Of a stretch of DNA of 64,000 nt, positions 18,943 through 38,300 are shown piece after piece. Source of the DNA: an uncultured virus (IMG/VR IMGVR_UViG_3300027736_000038) (lineage: Duplodnaviria > Heunggongvirae > Uroviricota > Caudoviricetes); IMG/VR virus record IMGVR_UViG_3300027736_000038, positions 1 to 64,000 of that record, one strand, 5' to 3'. The notes under the pieces were generated by a model, which had not been told where the DNA came from, did not search any database, and worked only from the letters and a program-made list of their open reading frames with translations. The position numbers were made by a program, and so were the translations under genes. Position 1 is the stretch's first letter, and every line of letters begins with the position of its first letter.

Positions 18943-20031
18943 CTATATACTTGACGGGAAAGATCGTGTTGATCCAGGCCAGACTATATATACGGCTCCG
19001 TCGCCGCCTGGACAAGCACCGCCTGAACCTCCTCCGCCGTATGCACCACCCGCTACACCATATGTAGCAGATGCCCCGGAGCTGCCGCCCGAACCTCCAC
19101 CTCCTCCGCGACCACCGTCAATATCATAGACCCCGCCGGCACCATTGTTACTTTGACCATATATTCCTACACCTCCGCCGTTACCGGCTCTTTGTGAGCC
19201 GCCGCTAACCGACCCGCCGCCACCGCCGCCACCTCCTCCTGCGCCATCGCTACCATTCTGGTTGCTAGCAGTTGATCCGTTCCCGCCGTTACCTGAGTAG
19301 CCGCCGGCGCCACCGCCGCCGCCGTAGCCTCCCCAAAAGGTTCCGCCGTTGCCGCCCGTGCCGCCACCGGTGGCGCCTGAATATCCACCACCTGACCCGC
19401 CGCTGCCGCCGCCCAATCCTCCATTGCCAAAAACTGAATTATTAAAATGTGATGCACTTCCATCACAATCCGGTGACGAAAAAGATCCTGCGCCACCGGG
19501 ACCAACGTAAACCGGATATGTATTTCCCGGCACAACTGCAATATTATTTTGCCAGCCTAGGCCACCACCTCCACCTGCATTATTATATCCTCCGCCGCCG
19601 CCGCCTATTGTAACTACACTAACTGATGTTACGCCAGCTGGTGCTGTCCATATATAGTATCCAGCAGTTGTATATGCTTGTTGCCCGGCTGCTGCGGTTG
19701 TAGTAATTTGATTGCTTGCAGAACTAGGAGAACTTGTACCAATTGAATTTGTTGCAGTAACAGTAAATGTATATGCTGTACCCGGTGATAATCCAGTAAT
19801 ATTAATAGTGCCTGACCCTGCTTGACTCAATGTACCAGATCCGCCGGCGGGATTTGAGGTTGCAGTATAACTAGTTATAGTAGAGCCACCGTTATATGCA
19901 GGGGCAGTATAAGTTAATGTAGCTGTTGTTGTTCCAGTAGCAGTTGCAGTACCTACTGTGGGTGCATTAGGTACTGAAATTATTACCGCAGTAAATCCCG
20001 ATATTCGCATTGGTCCAAATGATATTCCCAT
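18943..20031 (-). CDS. fibronectin type III plus glycine-rich domain protein (putative adhesin/fibre tip)
   Basis: 'PNAPT...AP..NGGS.ITSY...GL.PGT.YTFTV.ATN..G.S..S' Fn3 followed by a Gly-rich C-terminal domain; start at ATG 20031. Confidence 0.75.
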   Translation of the reverse strand: MGISFGPMRISGFTAVIISVPNAPTVGTATATGTTTATLTYTAPAYNGGSTITSYTATSNPAGGSGTLSQAGSGTINITGLSPGTAYTFTVTATNSIGTSSPSSASNQITTTAAAGQQAYTTAGYYIWTAPAGVTSVSVVTIGGGGGGYNNAGGGGGLGWQNNIAVVPGNTYPVYVGPGGAGSFSSPDCDGSASHFNNSVFGNGGLGGGSGGSGGGYSGATGGGTGGNGGTFWGGYGGGGGAGGYSGNGGNGSTASNQNGSDGAGGGGGGGGGSVSGGSQRAGNGGGVGIYGQSNNGAGGVYDIDGGRGGGGGSGGSSGASATYGVAGGAYGGGGSGGACPGGDGAVYIVWPGSTRSFPSSI

Positions 20032-20046
20032 TATCAACTTTCAATG

Positions 20047-28437
<8,391 letters not shown>

Positions 28438-28490
28438 GTTAGTGTTACCTATTTATAATGTATTTATCGTTATTTGAGAAACGGTGACCC

Positions 28491-28521
28491 AAAAAAATAC
28501 CCGACTATTGCCGGGTATTTT
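28491..28521 (-). terminator. intrinsic terminator
   Basis: AAAATACCCG..CGGGTATTTT hairpin with a U-tract after the 953-aa gene. Confidence 0.8.
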
Positions 28522-28535
28522 AAAGTACGATTCTT

Positions 28536-31397
28536 TTATAGACCGCTTAATTTTCTGTAGTCTTTTAATAAATCATTAGACTCTTTCATTGGACTACCTA
28601 ATCCATCAACTCCCATACGATTCTTTTGACCATTGATAACTGGAACTGTTGTTTGACCAGTAGATTTTTGTTTATTCAATCCACCACTGATAACCTTAGT
28701 CATAAAGTCAATGTCAGCTTCAAAAGTATCATCTGCGCTATTAGCGTATGATTCATCTACTTTTGTGTCTTTCTTGTATTTTTCGTCTTTCTTGTCATCG
28801 TATTCAATATCTTTTTTTACTTCTTTACCGGCTTCTTCACCAGTAGTATCTTCTTTACCTTCAGTAGGACTTGAATATACTTGACCTTCTTCTTCATCAG
28901 CACCTGCATCCGCTGTTGCTAATGCGCTATTAGCCGCTGCATTACCTGCGACATCAGCATTAGTATTATCAGCACCAGAGTCTGGAGCATTTTCAGATAC
29001 TTCAAATTCCATTTGATCTTCTGATTCTACTTCATCTACCATTTCTTTTGAACCACAAGAATGACCAGCTTCCATCATGCCGCCGCATTCATTGCAAGTT
29101 TCTTCTTCACCGTGCATATGATCTTCTTCGCCGTGTCCTTCGTGACCTTCTTCACTTTCGTAATCACCGCCACTTGGCATTTCGCCGCCTGCGCCTGATA
29201 ACTTTCTCATCAATGCCATCATACCGTCATGGTCATCAACTACTTCAATGCCACCAGGAGCTTGTGTTGAGCCTTGTGGTGCGCCATAACCATTGTGTTC
29301 ATCACCGCCAAACAAACCCATGCCTGCTGACTTGATGATACTTAACAACTGGTCAGCTTCACCATCTTGTGCTGATACACTTACTGAATCAGGAGAACCT
29401 TGTTGACCTTTACTGATAGAAACTGTCATGCCTTCTGAAACTTTTTCTTCGCTTTCAAGTAGTGCATTCAATTGCTTGTCCAATGATTCAAACGCAAATT
29501 CTTCTAAATTTGAATCATAGCGTGTTCTATCAGTAAATGTATTTCCACCTACTTTAAACTTGCCACCTTGTGGTGTTCTAGCAAGCCCGGCAGTGAAAGG
29601 ATTGCCTTCATCCATACCCATGTCATCTGCACCATAACTAGCCATTGTGCCTACTTCGTTTTCACCAAATGCTTGTTGAACAGGCTTTCCTCTTTTTTGT
29701 AATGTTTGAATTAAACGACTATTCATATCTTGAGCGCGGCCCATGCCTATTGATGCTAGAGCAGGATGAGCACCCGGAGTCTTATACAAATTGATTTCAT
29801 CTTGGTATGCTTTGTGTTCTTCTGGAGAAGCCTCATCACCATAATGATCATATTGATTAGATGGACTAGCCACATAAGCCTCGTCTACTTCACCAACTCT
29901 TGTACGACCAAGTATTGGCATTTGACCATAGCACTCATCTAGGCCTTCTTTAAAGCCATCATGGTAGCAACGTGCTTCTTCCATATTATCGTGTGTGCAA
30001 TTGTAAGGCATTTTTCTTAGTGCGTGACTCTTACCTTCAAGTCTTGCTGCTTGTAAATGATGTTCCATACCTTCTTTCACTTTCTTTTTCTCAGTTTTCT
30101 TAGCAAAAGGATTTACACCTTTCTTAGGTGCTGCACCTTTTTTCTTTGTATCGTTTGGACCGTTACCATCTTCAGCATAGTCAGGGATACCGTTCTTGTT
30201 GGCATCTGGCTTTTTCTTATCGTCTTTTTTGTCATCTTTCTTAGCGAAAGGATTAACACCTTTTTTGCTTTCTAACACACCGCGATTAGCAGTGCTTAGT
30301 GGGCTTGATTGTGCAAAATGTTGCGGTTGTTCTGCTTCTGGCAAATTAGGTCTTGCATGTTGACCGTGAACATTTTTAATACTTTGTTTCAAACTGGTAA
30401 TTTGATCTCTTGATGGCAAGCCTGCTCTTTTGCCCTGAGTGTTTATACTATTTTTAGCCGACCTACGATGCCATTTTTCTAATGGATCACCGGTGCCACT
30501 GTGCATTGGGCTTTTTCTGCCAGCGTAGTCATCGGGGTAGTCATTATCGTAAGCATCATCCATGTCAGGGCCAAACGTATGGTCTAGTGGTTCCTGTGTG
30601 TACAATTGGTCTTTGTATTTAGGATCACGATACTTAGCTGCTTCTTCTATTTCACTTTCTTTCATTTTTTGAAATTGTGAGCCTGCAATTTTTGTAGCAG
30701 CTTCTTTGCCGTACTTAGGTGTCAATTTACGAACCAATGCGTCAAATCCTGTAGAGGCATTGTTATGCTTACCAACATCTCCTGTTTCTTTCATTGGTGC
30801 AACTTGTGAGCCTGCACCTGCAGCGGGTGCAGCACCAGGTGCAGTTGGGGCAGCGCCTGGCTTCTGCATTGACATTGTACCATTCTTAGCTGCTTGTACC
30901 ACTGCTGGATCTTGAGTAGTGATAGCTGGCATATTAGGATTAGCAGGATCTTTAATCATAAAAGATGGCTTTGTTGCCATTTGCTGCTGTTGCTTCTGTT
31001 GCGGTGTAGCTGGCATTGGTTGTACTGCTAGTCCTGCTTCGCTTAATGCTTCGTCCATTATATCAAAGTATTCTTTAAGACTATGCTTAACACTAGGCTT
31101 GCCAGTTGGCTTAGGTGCTTTACCGACACCCATTGCTTTGTTTAGTGCTGTGCTATCGTACTCTTTTGCTTTGTCAGGATTTGGTGGACGACCTTTGCCG
31201 CGCTTTGGTTCATTTGCAAGACCCATTTTACCTAAACTCATACGAGCAATTGGTTTACCATATTGATCAGTAACATCTTCTGATCCATGTTTATTTCCAT
31301 ATCCACCTGGGCCTGCTTTGTGAACTGTACCTTTATCAGTAGCTGTTGTTGCTTCTGATAAATTGTCGAATGATTTTAATATATCTCTGATATCCAT
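28536..31397 (-). CDS. large low-complexity charged protein, putative protease-processed head-internal polyprotein
   Basis: 953 aa; many [LVM]-x-E|[AGS] sites (LSEA, MKES, VLES, VKEG, VDEA, MDEG, VSEG, VDES); AT-hook-like KRGKGRP. Confidence 0.6.
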   Translation of the reverse strand: MDIRDILKSFDNLSEATTATDKGTVHKAGPGGYGNKHGSEDVTDQYGKPIARMSLGKMGLANEPKRGKGRPPNPDKAKEYDSTALNKAMGVGKAPKPTGKPSVKHSLKEYFDIMDEALSEAGLAVQPMPATPQQKQQQQMATKPSFMIKDPANPNMPAITTQDPAVVQAAKNGTMSMQKPGAAPTAPGAAPAAGAGSQVAPMKETGDVGKHNNASTGFDALVRKLTPKYGKEAATKIAGSQFQKMKESEIEEAAKYRDPKYKDQLYTQEPLDHTFGPDMDDAYDNDYPDDYAGRKSPMHSGTGDPLEKWHRRSAKNSINTQGKRAGLPSRDQITSLKQSIKNVHGQHARPNLPEAEQPQHFAQSSPLSTANRGVLESKKGVNPFAKKDDKKDDKKKPDANKNGIPDYAEDGNGPNDTKKKGAAPKKGVNPFAKKTEKKKVKEGMEHHLQAARLEGKSHALRKMPYNCTHDNMEEARCYHDGFKEGLDECYGQMPILGRTRVGEVDEAYVASPSNQYDHYGDEASPEEHKAYQDEINLYKTPGAHPALASIGMGRAQDMNSRLIQTLQKRGKPVQQAFGENEVGTMASYGADDMGMDEGNPFTAGLARTPQGGKFKVGGNTFTDRTRYDSNLEEFAFESLDKQLNALLESEEKVSEGMTVSISKGQQGSPDSVSVSAQDGEADQLLSIIKSAGMGLFGGDEHNGYGAPQGSTQAPGGIEVVDDHDGMMALMRKLSGAGGEMPSGGDYESEEGHEGHGEEDHMHGEEETCNECGGMMEAGHSCGSKEMVDEVESEDQMEFEVSENAPDSGADNTNADVAGNAAANSALATADAGADEEEGQVYSSPTEGKEDTTGEEAGKEVKKDIEYDDKKDEKYKKDTKVDESYANSADDTFEADIDFMTKVISGGLNKQKSTGQTTVPVINGQKNRMGVDGLGSPMKESNDLLKDYRKLSGL

Positions 31398-31407
31398 TTT
31401 CTTTTCC

Positions 31408-32037
31408 TTAACGGTTATATGCTGCGCCAGTCTTTGGCTTTGGTGGCATTTTGATAGTAGTCATTGGACTCTTATCACCCAACTTCTTATCATCTAAATA
31501 TGGCTTGAACGGGTCAAACGCATCTTTTGTTTTTGTTCCTGCATATGGAATATCAATCTTAGACTCTTTAGCTTGATCTTTGATTGAAGTTAAATATGAA
31601 TCTCCATACGCTTTGCTTGCTGCTTTAGCGTCTGGCTGTTGACCCATTTCTTCTTTGTCAAGTAATGGACTATTTTTCATTTCATTTTCATAGCCGGCCA
31701 TTTCGCTGTCAATGCTATCATCAAAGTCTGTTGATACCATACGCACCATGTTAACATTGTATCCACATAGTTGAGCAAGTTGTTGTACCATTGGCTCTGT
31801 AGCTGGGTATCTAAACTCAACTTTAATCAATGTTACGCTTTCATTCTCTAAATTAGGAAATCCATATGGTGACTTCTGTATCGGGGTAGACTTTGGTTCA
31901 CTGATTTCCACTGGGTCAAACTTGGTTAGATTGTATTTAAACATATCTAAAAAGTTTTTGTCAATGGTGCCGGCAATTTTGATAGTATACTTGTAAGTAT
32001 GTATACTTTCCATAATATGTTGTTTGAGGCTTCGCAT
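31408..32037 (-). CDS. hypothetical virion protein
   Basis: 209 aa; N-terminus MRSLKQHIME|S resembles T4 capsid-targeting leaders; late box upstream. Confidence 0.65.
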   Translation of the reverse strand: MRSLKQHIMESIHTYKYTIKIAGTIDKNFLDMFKYNLTKFDPVEISEPKSTPIQKSPYGFPNLENESVTLIKVEFRYPATEPMVQQLAQLCGYNVNMVRMVSTDFDDSIDSEMAGYENEMKNSPLLDKEEMGQQPDAKAASKAYGDSYLTSIKDQAKESKIDIPYAGTKTKDAFDPFKPYLDDKKLGDKSPMTTIKMPPKPKTGAAYNR

Positions 32038-32067
32038 TTTTTATTCCTGTATATATTATTTATCTTT

Positions 32068-32544
32068 TTAGTCGGATTTCGCTGCCAACATCTTAAGTAA
32101 CTCATTTCTGTCAAGTTCTCTACCCTCACCTAACGGGGTAGCCTCAATCTCTTTGTCTCTACTTGCTTCTTTTTGATCTAATTGCGCTTTTTTTAGTTGC
32201 AAATCAATCATCTTTAACTTCTTATTTAGTTTAGCAGTCTTTGCTGTGATAGCATGTCCTAGCATAGTTCCAGCAACATTGAATATCTCGCTAGCATATC
32301 TACTATCAACTTGCATTCCCAAGTCCATCAAGTCTTTATAGCTATCTTGTGCTAGTGTAGCAAGACTATCCATCTCATCGTCAGCAGCTTCTAATCCACG
32401 TACTTGTGGTAATGCTTGTTCTATTTTTGATAGACTATCTAATGCTTCAGTGGTAATTTCTTGTGCGTTCTCTGGCGTCGGTTTTGCCAAAGTGTCTATT
32501 TCATTTTGGGGAAGTTCAAATAATTCTTCTAGCTTTTTTGTCAT
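32068..32544 (-). CDS. probable terminase small subunit
   Basis: Helical 'EIFNVAGTML..A...K..K..K..DLQ' and terminal 'RNELLKML', like T4-type gp16; next to gp4-like gene. Confidence 0.5.
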   Translation of the reverse strand: MTKKLEELFELPQNEIDTLAKPTPENAQEITTEALDSLSKIEQALPQVRGLEAADDEMDSLATLAQDSYKDLMDLGMQVDSRYASEIFNVAGTMLGHAITAKTAKLNKKLKMIDLQLKKAQLDQKEASRDKEIEATPLGEGRELDRNELLKMLAAKSD

Positions 32545-32556
32545 AAAAGTATTTAG

Positions 32557-32994
32557 TTACTTTCGTGACCCGTTTCTAAAAAGGTCATCTTCAGTTATGA
32601 CTCTAAACGCAAACCCTTGCATTTTACAATATGCAGTAGCAGCGGCCCATTTAGCATGATTTACAGCAACTACTGCTCTATCTCTTGCGCTTGCCGCACG
32701 GCTTTCAATTAGACTTTGTTTCTTGGGTTTAATCTCTACTACTTCAGCAATTGCTTTTCCATACTTGTTTTGATAAACAACAAAGAAGTCTGGAATATAG
32801 TTATGCACTTTACCATCTAATGGACTACGATAAGGAATAGACATTGATTCGCTAGCCCAATGTGTTACGTTATTATGTGTATCACAAAAGGTCATGAATG
32901 TTAATTCCCATCCTGAACGGTATTTAGGTTTATGTTTCCCTACATATTTTTGTGGGTTTTTAGGAGTATATATGCCTTGTGCCCAGTTACCCAT
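32557..32994 (-). CDS. head completion nuclease (T4 gp4-like, TnsA-type PD-(D/E)xK)
   Basis: 'Y.PKNP.KY.G', 'YRSGWE..FM..CD', 'WASE...IPY', 'YIPDF', 'EIKP', 'N.AKW.AA'. Confidence 0.85.
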   Translation of the reverse strand: MGNWAQGIYTPKNPQKYVGKHKPKYRSGWELTFMTFCDTHNNVTHWASESMSIPYRSPLDGKVHNYIPDFFVVYQNKYGKAIAEVVEIKPKKQSLIESRAASARDRAVVAVNHAKWAAATAYCKMQGFAFRVITEDDLFRNGSRK

Positions 32995-32996
32995 GA

Positions 32997-33356
32997 TTAT
33001 TGTACGATATTACGTGCTACGGGTAAATTAGGTTTTGGTACTGTACCTATACCATAAAGAGATGTTTTGCTTTTGAAACTATTCATATAGTAAGCAAAAA
33101 TTTGATTCATCTCCATCTTTTTTTTGCCTTTTATTTGGTCTAACAAATCAAGTGCATCTATTCCGGTTTCTTGTGATATTCTGAATAACACCGCAGTGAA
33201 ATTATTTGCAATATTTTTTGTAGCACAAATTGATAGAAAATATCCACGAACGATATCATATTCGTTTCCGTTTATAGTTAAAGTGATGGCATAAAAGGAG
33301 TCAAATATTCTAACCGTTTGATCCATTGAAGTGCGTTGATCTAGTATTTGTGGCAT
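32997..33356 (-). CDS. hypothetical protein
   Basis: 119 aa in the tail cluster, late box upstream. Confidence 0.65.
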   Translation of the reverse strand: MPQILDQRTSMDQTVRIFDSFYAITLTINGNEYDIVRGYFLSICATKNIANNFTAVLFRISQETGIDALDLLDQIKGKKKMEMNQIFAYYMNSFKSKTSLYGIGTVPKPNLPVARNIVQ

Positions 33357-33379
33357 AATAAATTAATAGTTTATACTAT

Positions 33380-34642
33380 TTATCTGCCGCCTCGCGGGGA
33401 ATTAGTAACTCCGCTATTACTAGTACCCGCATAAGGAGCTCCGCCGAGTTGTTGAGGGGTAGATTGTGCATTACTTGGTGGTGCTCCGGCGGTGCCACTA
33501 GTTTGAGGTGCTGCCCCAAAGATAGGGGTACTAACAATTAAATTTCTATTAGGGGTTTGTCCAACTGCATTTATTATACCGGCAGTAAGTTCTGATTTAA
33601 CCAGACTGCCTAAATTAGTATTTTTAAATGTGTTATATGCTGTCCCTGCTTTTTGAATAGCACCTAGTAGGTTTACTTCTCCGGTGACTGGATCAGGAGT
33701 TAAATTATTGATAATACCACCTGCTGCATCTAGTAATCCGCCTTGACCTAATATAGTTTTATTAGCGCCTGGTCTCATTATTGGACTAGGCGTTCGATCA
33801 TAATTAGCATCATCACCAAATCCAGTAACAATATTTCCCGGTGCCTTTCCGCTTAATCCACCATCATTGTATACTACCGTTTCATAATCGATAGACATTT
33901 GATGTTCCATAGTACCAGTACCTTGAGCATAGTCATATGTATCGTGTGTAAATCTAGTTATGACTGGGTTAATCAACGTGTAGGCAGTCCAATTATGTTG
34001 ACTTAGACCAAATACAGTTATTTGTTTAAAGAAAGGTATTTTTGAACCAGACGGGTCAGGAGAGTCTCCTGAATATCCCCAATTGTCATTGCCTGTTATA
34101 GACGGTTTATATTGATTACGATTGTTATATGTAGCATCAGTAGAGAATGGATATGCACCACTAACTAATTTTCTGGGAGGGGCACCGGGTGCACCTGGCA
34201 ACACAACTTGAGGCACAGTACCATCAGCATAATAATAATTGTAATATGCTTTCCACAAACTTCTTATTGTGCCACCTGAATTTGGAGTATTAGGTGCAGT
34301 GCCGTGATCATCATGGAAAGTAATATCTATGGTATCATATTTTATTTTTGATTGAACCAATCTTTTGCGATTATATTGATTCATTACCGCTACGTCAAAA
34401 GTAAAACTAGGGAGTTTTACTGTTTTAACTAGAATACCAAAATTAGATCCTGTACTAATACCTTCGCCGTATGCTGCTGGATTTATTTCAAAATATGTAT
34501 GAAATAGATATTTAAACTTAGGAGCGTTTTGATATGAATTAGGTCTAAATGTCTTACTAGCATGAGTATAATCCCGTAGGTAATCGCCGCCGAAAAATGT
34601 TCCGGCGGCGCCTTTAAGTAAGTCTTGAAAAAATCCAGACAT
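33380..34642 (-). CDS. tail-tube-like baseplate/tube initiator protein
   Basis: 'VKTVKLPSF....NQYNRKR....I.Y..I.ITFHDD' and 'NP.IT...HDT.DY' tube-fold pattern; directly after the tube gene. Confidence 0.7.
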   Translation of the reverse strand: MSGFFQDLLKGAAGTFFGGDYLRDYTHASKTFRPNSYQNAPKFKYLFHTYFEINPAAYGEGISTGSNFGILVKTVKLPSFTFDVAVMNQYNRKRLVQSKIKYDTIDITFHDDHGTAPNTPNSGGTIRSLWKAYYNYYYADGTVPQVVLPGAPGAPPRKLVSGAYPFSTDATYNNRNQYKPSITGNDNWGYSGDSPDPSGSKIPFFKQITVFGLSQHNWTAYTLINPVITRFTHDTYDYAQGTGTMEHQMSIDYETVVYNDGGLSGKAPGNIVTGFGDDANYDRTPSPIMRPGANKTILGQGGLLDAAGGIINNLTPDPVTGEVNLLGAIQKAGTAYNTFKNTNLGSLVKSELTAGIINAVGQTPNRNLIVSTPIFGAAPQTSGTAGAPPSNAQSTPQQLGGAPYAGTSNSGVTNSPRGGR

Positions 34643-34663
34643 GCTAGATTTATTTAGCGTTGA

Positions 34664-35296
34664 TTATGAACCAGCGCCAATACCTGTAGATAATGAACCT
34701 GCTGTTCTACCGATAGTAGCACCTACACCAGAACCAATTGCAGATTGAATTGCATTATCAAAGCGTATTGTCAATGATATTGTCACAACCTCATTTGTAC
34801 CATAGTTCAATGTGTTGTAGTTAGCTGTTTGCAAGAAACATCCATATAGTTCCCATGTCTCTAATACTACAGGAGCATTTGTACCATTACCACCATCTAA
34901 AATTTCGATGTTGGTTTGGAATTTATAGTCTTGTCCTGATGCAGCACTTGCCATTTCAACAAAGTCTAATTGCTTCTGTAGTTGTTGACCAACTAATTTT
35001 GAAACGCTACCAGTTGCGTCATCACGAATGTTGACTGACATTGTTTGCCAAGCATATTTACCTGCCAAATACATTGTTGAATTGTATACTGGTAGTGTAA
35101 TTTCTTGGAACTGTACTTGTGGACGTGAGCAGTCAATAACTTGTTTAGTTAACTCTACTGTACTTGTGTCTGTTCCAAAATTCAAAAAGTTTACTCTGAA
35201 TCTGAATTGTAGTTTTGGCATTAGTAAGCCCTGATTGCCACCGGCATTATCAGATGCTACTGTCATGTTGAACAATGATTGTGAGGCTGTTGCCAT
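34664..35296 (-). CDS. tail tube protein (gp19-like)
   Basis: 'PKLQFRFRV', 'AGKYAWQ...V..RDD', 'WELYGCF...Y..L.Y', 'I.LTIRFDNA'; follows the sheath. Confidence 0.85.
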   Translation of the reverse strand: MATASQSLFNMTVASDNAGGNQGLLMPKLQFRFRVNFLNFGTDTSTVELTKQVIDCSRPQVQFQEITLPVYNSTMYLAGKYAWQTMSVNIRDDATGSVSKLVGQQLQKQLDFVEMASAASGQDYKFQTNIEILDGGNGTNAPVVLETWELYGCFLQTANYNTLNYGTNEVVTISLTIRFDNAIQSAIGSGVGATIGRTAGSLSTGIGAGS

Positions 35297-35337
35297 TTTA
35301 TATATCTCCTGTTAATCTTATTTATCTTAAATAAACA

Positions 35338-35360
35338 GATAACCCCTTTCGGGGTTATCC
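35338..35360 (-). terminator. hairpin after the sheath gene (terminator or processing site)
   Basis: GATAACCCC-TTTC-GGGGTTATC. Confidence 0.65.
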
Positions 35361-35367
35361 TAGCTTA

Positions 35368-38300
35368 TTATAATGATGCTATCTCACCTGTGTTTAGAAC
35401 ACGAACCGGGATGTAAATGAATTCAGCGGCTTTCACTGGTTCAAGTGCAACGTCAATCCAAAGTTCATTTCTATCGATTCTTGCTGGGGTATTGTTACTT
35501 TCGTCACAAATTACCAAGTAATCATAGATACCGCGTTTAGCAACTAAATCAACCATCAATGTTTGAACCACACCTGCGATTTGATTACGAGTCAATGCAT
35601 CGTTAGGTTCAAATACAAACGGTCTTGCTGCTAATGTTAATTGTCTACGTACATAAGCAATTAGTCGTGCAACGTTAACTCTATCTAATGCGCTAGAACT
35701 GTTATAACTTGTCTTGTTACCATAATTTAGTAACCCAACGCCTGTAAAGAATACCAACGGATTGATAAAGTTAATGTACAATACATCACGAATACCAATT
35801 TGTGTCTTAGTAGTAACAAACTCACCAGTAGCTGAATCAATATAACCAATGTTTGTAGCATTGTCAATGATACCGCGGCGTGTGCCTGCTGCTGCTAACC
35901 AAGGATAGCTGATGGTGTCATTACGTAAGAATGTACGCAACATCATGTGACTTGGAGGAACAGCAACTAAGTTACCACTTAGGTCACTTGTGATACCACT
36001 TGGATAGAACAACCCTAAGTATGTATTACGTGTTACACAACCTTCTTCGCCTGTGCTTGTTGCACCTGCGGCGTTAGTTGCCCATGCTTGAATATCAGTA
36101 GCACTTGGAGGCAATCTCATTGGAGTGTCACCAATAATATAACCTGTCTCACCGCGATCCGCATTCAATACAACCATGTTAGGTTGTAATTCTGGATAGT
36201 TAGGTGTAGCCATTAAGTTGAAGAAGTTATCTTCGTCGCGGATATCAGTATTAGTGTCAATCGCTGAACGCAATGATTTTACAACCATATTACGTTGTGC
36301 TTGGCGACCCATATACGGACTGCCGTTACTTTGTAATCCACTTTGACTTACCCATGTATAGCTAACCAATGGTAAGTTATCTATGTTAGTAGGATCCCCT
36401 GCATCATATGATCCGGCATTTGGATAATTAGCACTTGTAAAATATCCTGTTGTGAATTCTTTTACATTGTATCCTGAACGGCGTGTGTTGAACAACAACA
36501 TACCTGTTGGGTATGCAGCTGGATTCGGAACATCTAAATCAACATAATCACTAATTAACAAACTCTTGATAGTTGGAATCGGATCATCAACTGGGTTGAT
36601 TGCACCAGAACTGCTCCAACGTGCATCATAGAATGCTACACCTTTGCTGCTAGTTTGATCTGCATTGTCAATCAATACCCACTGATCTACAGACTCAACA
36701 CTTTGCCAACGACTAATAACCGGATACATTTCTAAATCAGTTGTGTTGATCCATAAATCACCGTATGCTAATGCAGTTGTGCCGTCACTTTGAGTTGTTG
36801 GTTCAGTTGCAGCAATTATAGGACCATTTGGATCTGTTGCATTACTGCCTGTTGCTGATGGGAAACCAGTAGAATCGTAATTTATATTTCTATAACCATT
36901 CCATTGACCATTAGCTTGCACTAGTATATCAACTTGGTCAATAACACTGTAGAACCAGTTTGTACCATTTGTTGGAGTTGCTACTGGGGCACCTTCGTTA
37001 GCAGTAAAGTCTAATTCTACCCAATTACTACATTCTACTGAATAATTAATACTAGAAGTACCTGAAACCCATGCAGTTGCGGTTACTGGACCAGTTGCGC
37101 TGTCACCTGATATAGCAGTAACTTGAACTACTAAATCGTTTGCCGGGCTTGTTCCACCTAATTGTGTACCCAAGAACGTTAATTGATCACCTATTGCATA
37201 TCCAGTTCCAGCGGTTGCTACACCATTACCATTTAATACATACTTTCCATAATTGCCTGTTATAGTTACCGTTGCATTAGTTCCTGTAGCACTATCAGTG
37301 GAATTAGGAGTAACTGATGTAAAAGTAACAGTTGGTTGATTTCCATATTTAGTAAATAGTGTATCCCCTACTATGAATCCAGCTTGATCTAAAATACCTG
37401 CAGAATATCCTTTAAGTGCGCCCGCAGTTTGAATAACATCATTCATTACAATTACACCGCCTAGGGTGTGTTGTAGTTGAATTGCGCCGTCAGTAGTAAT
37501 GCTTGCACTAGTATTAGGTATACCTGATGATTGCCATGCAGTTACAAAATCTGTGTTATCCATTCCGTCCTCAACTACAAAGCTATACACTGCTGATAAA
37601 TTAGTGGAACCAGCTGCGCTTACTTGAACATACAAAGATACATCTGGATTAGTCATGGTCATTGTACCAGTTGCATTAGCTAATTGGAATGTACTTCCAC
37701 CTAGGGTAGCAGAAATTGTTACTGCGGTTGCAGTTGGCTTATCTAAGATATAATATGTAGTTTCAACCACTACATTACCAAAAACACTGCCTGTAAATAC
37801 TACCGGGTCACCAATATTAAAAGCAGCAGAACTTGCTACAGTAATTTGATCACTTGATGCTGTTGTTGCAGTACAACTAGTAGAACTAGTAAGCCCAGCA
37901 AATACAACATCAGTTGTTGTTCCTGTTACTACTGTTGGGCCAGATGCTAATCTTTCCCATAAGTAAACCGGACCTGCATTAAATTGTCCATTAAAATTAT
38001 ATTGACCATAAACTTCACCTGCTGCAATCAATGCTCCGCCTGATGGATCTAACGTAGCGGTAACTGACCAATCAGATTGAGCCAATGATACAGATTTTGC
38101 AACCCATGATGCAGTTGTAGTACTATATCTAGATACAATTGGTTCCAATCCGTTTCCAGAAGAACCAATTTTCATCCAAATAGAACCAGTTGGACGAGGA
38201 GTTGTTTGACTACTAGACCACAATGGCATCTGAGATGAAGTGCCGTACTGTAATATTGGTTGATAAACGTTTGTTGATAAAGGAAGTCCCATTGCAGTTG

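Noticed and set aside
18943..20031. Diversity-generating retroelement target
   Set aside because: No reverse transcriptase and no template/variable repeat pair differing at adenines seen in the window
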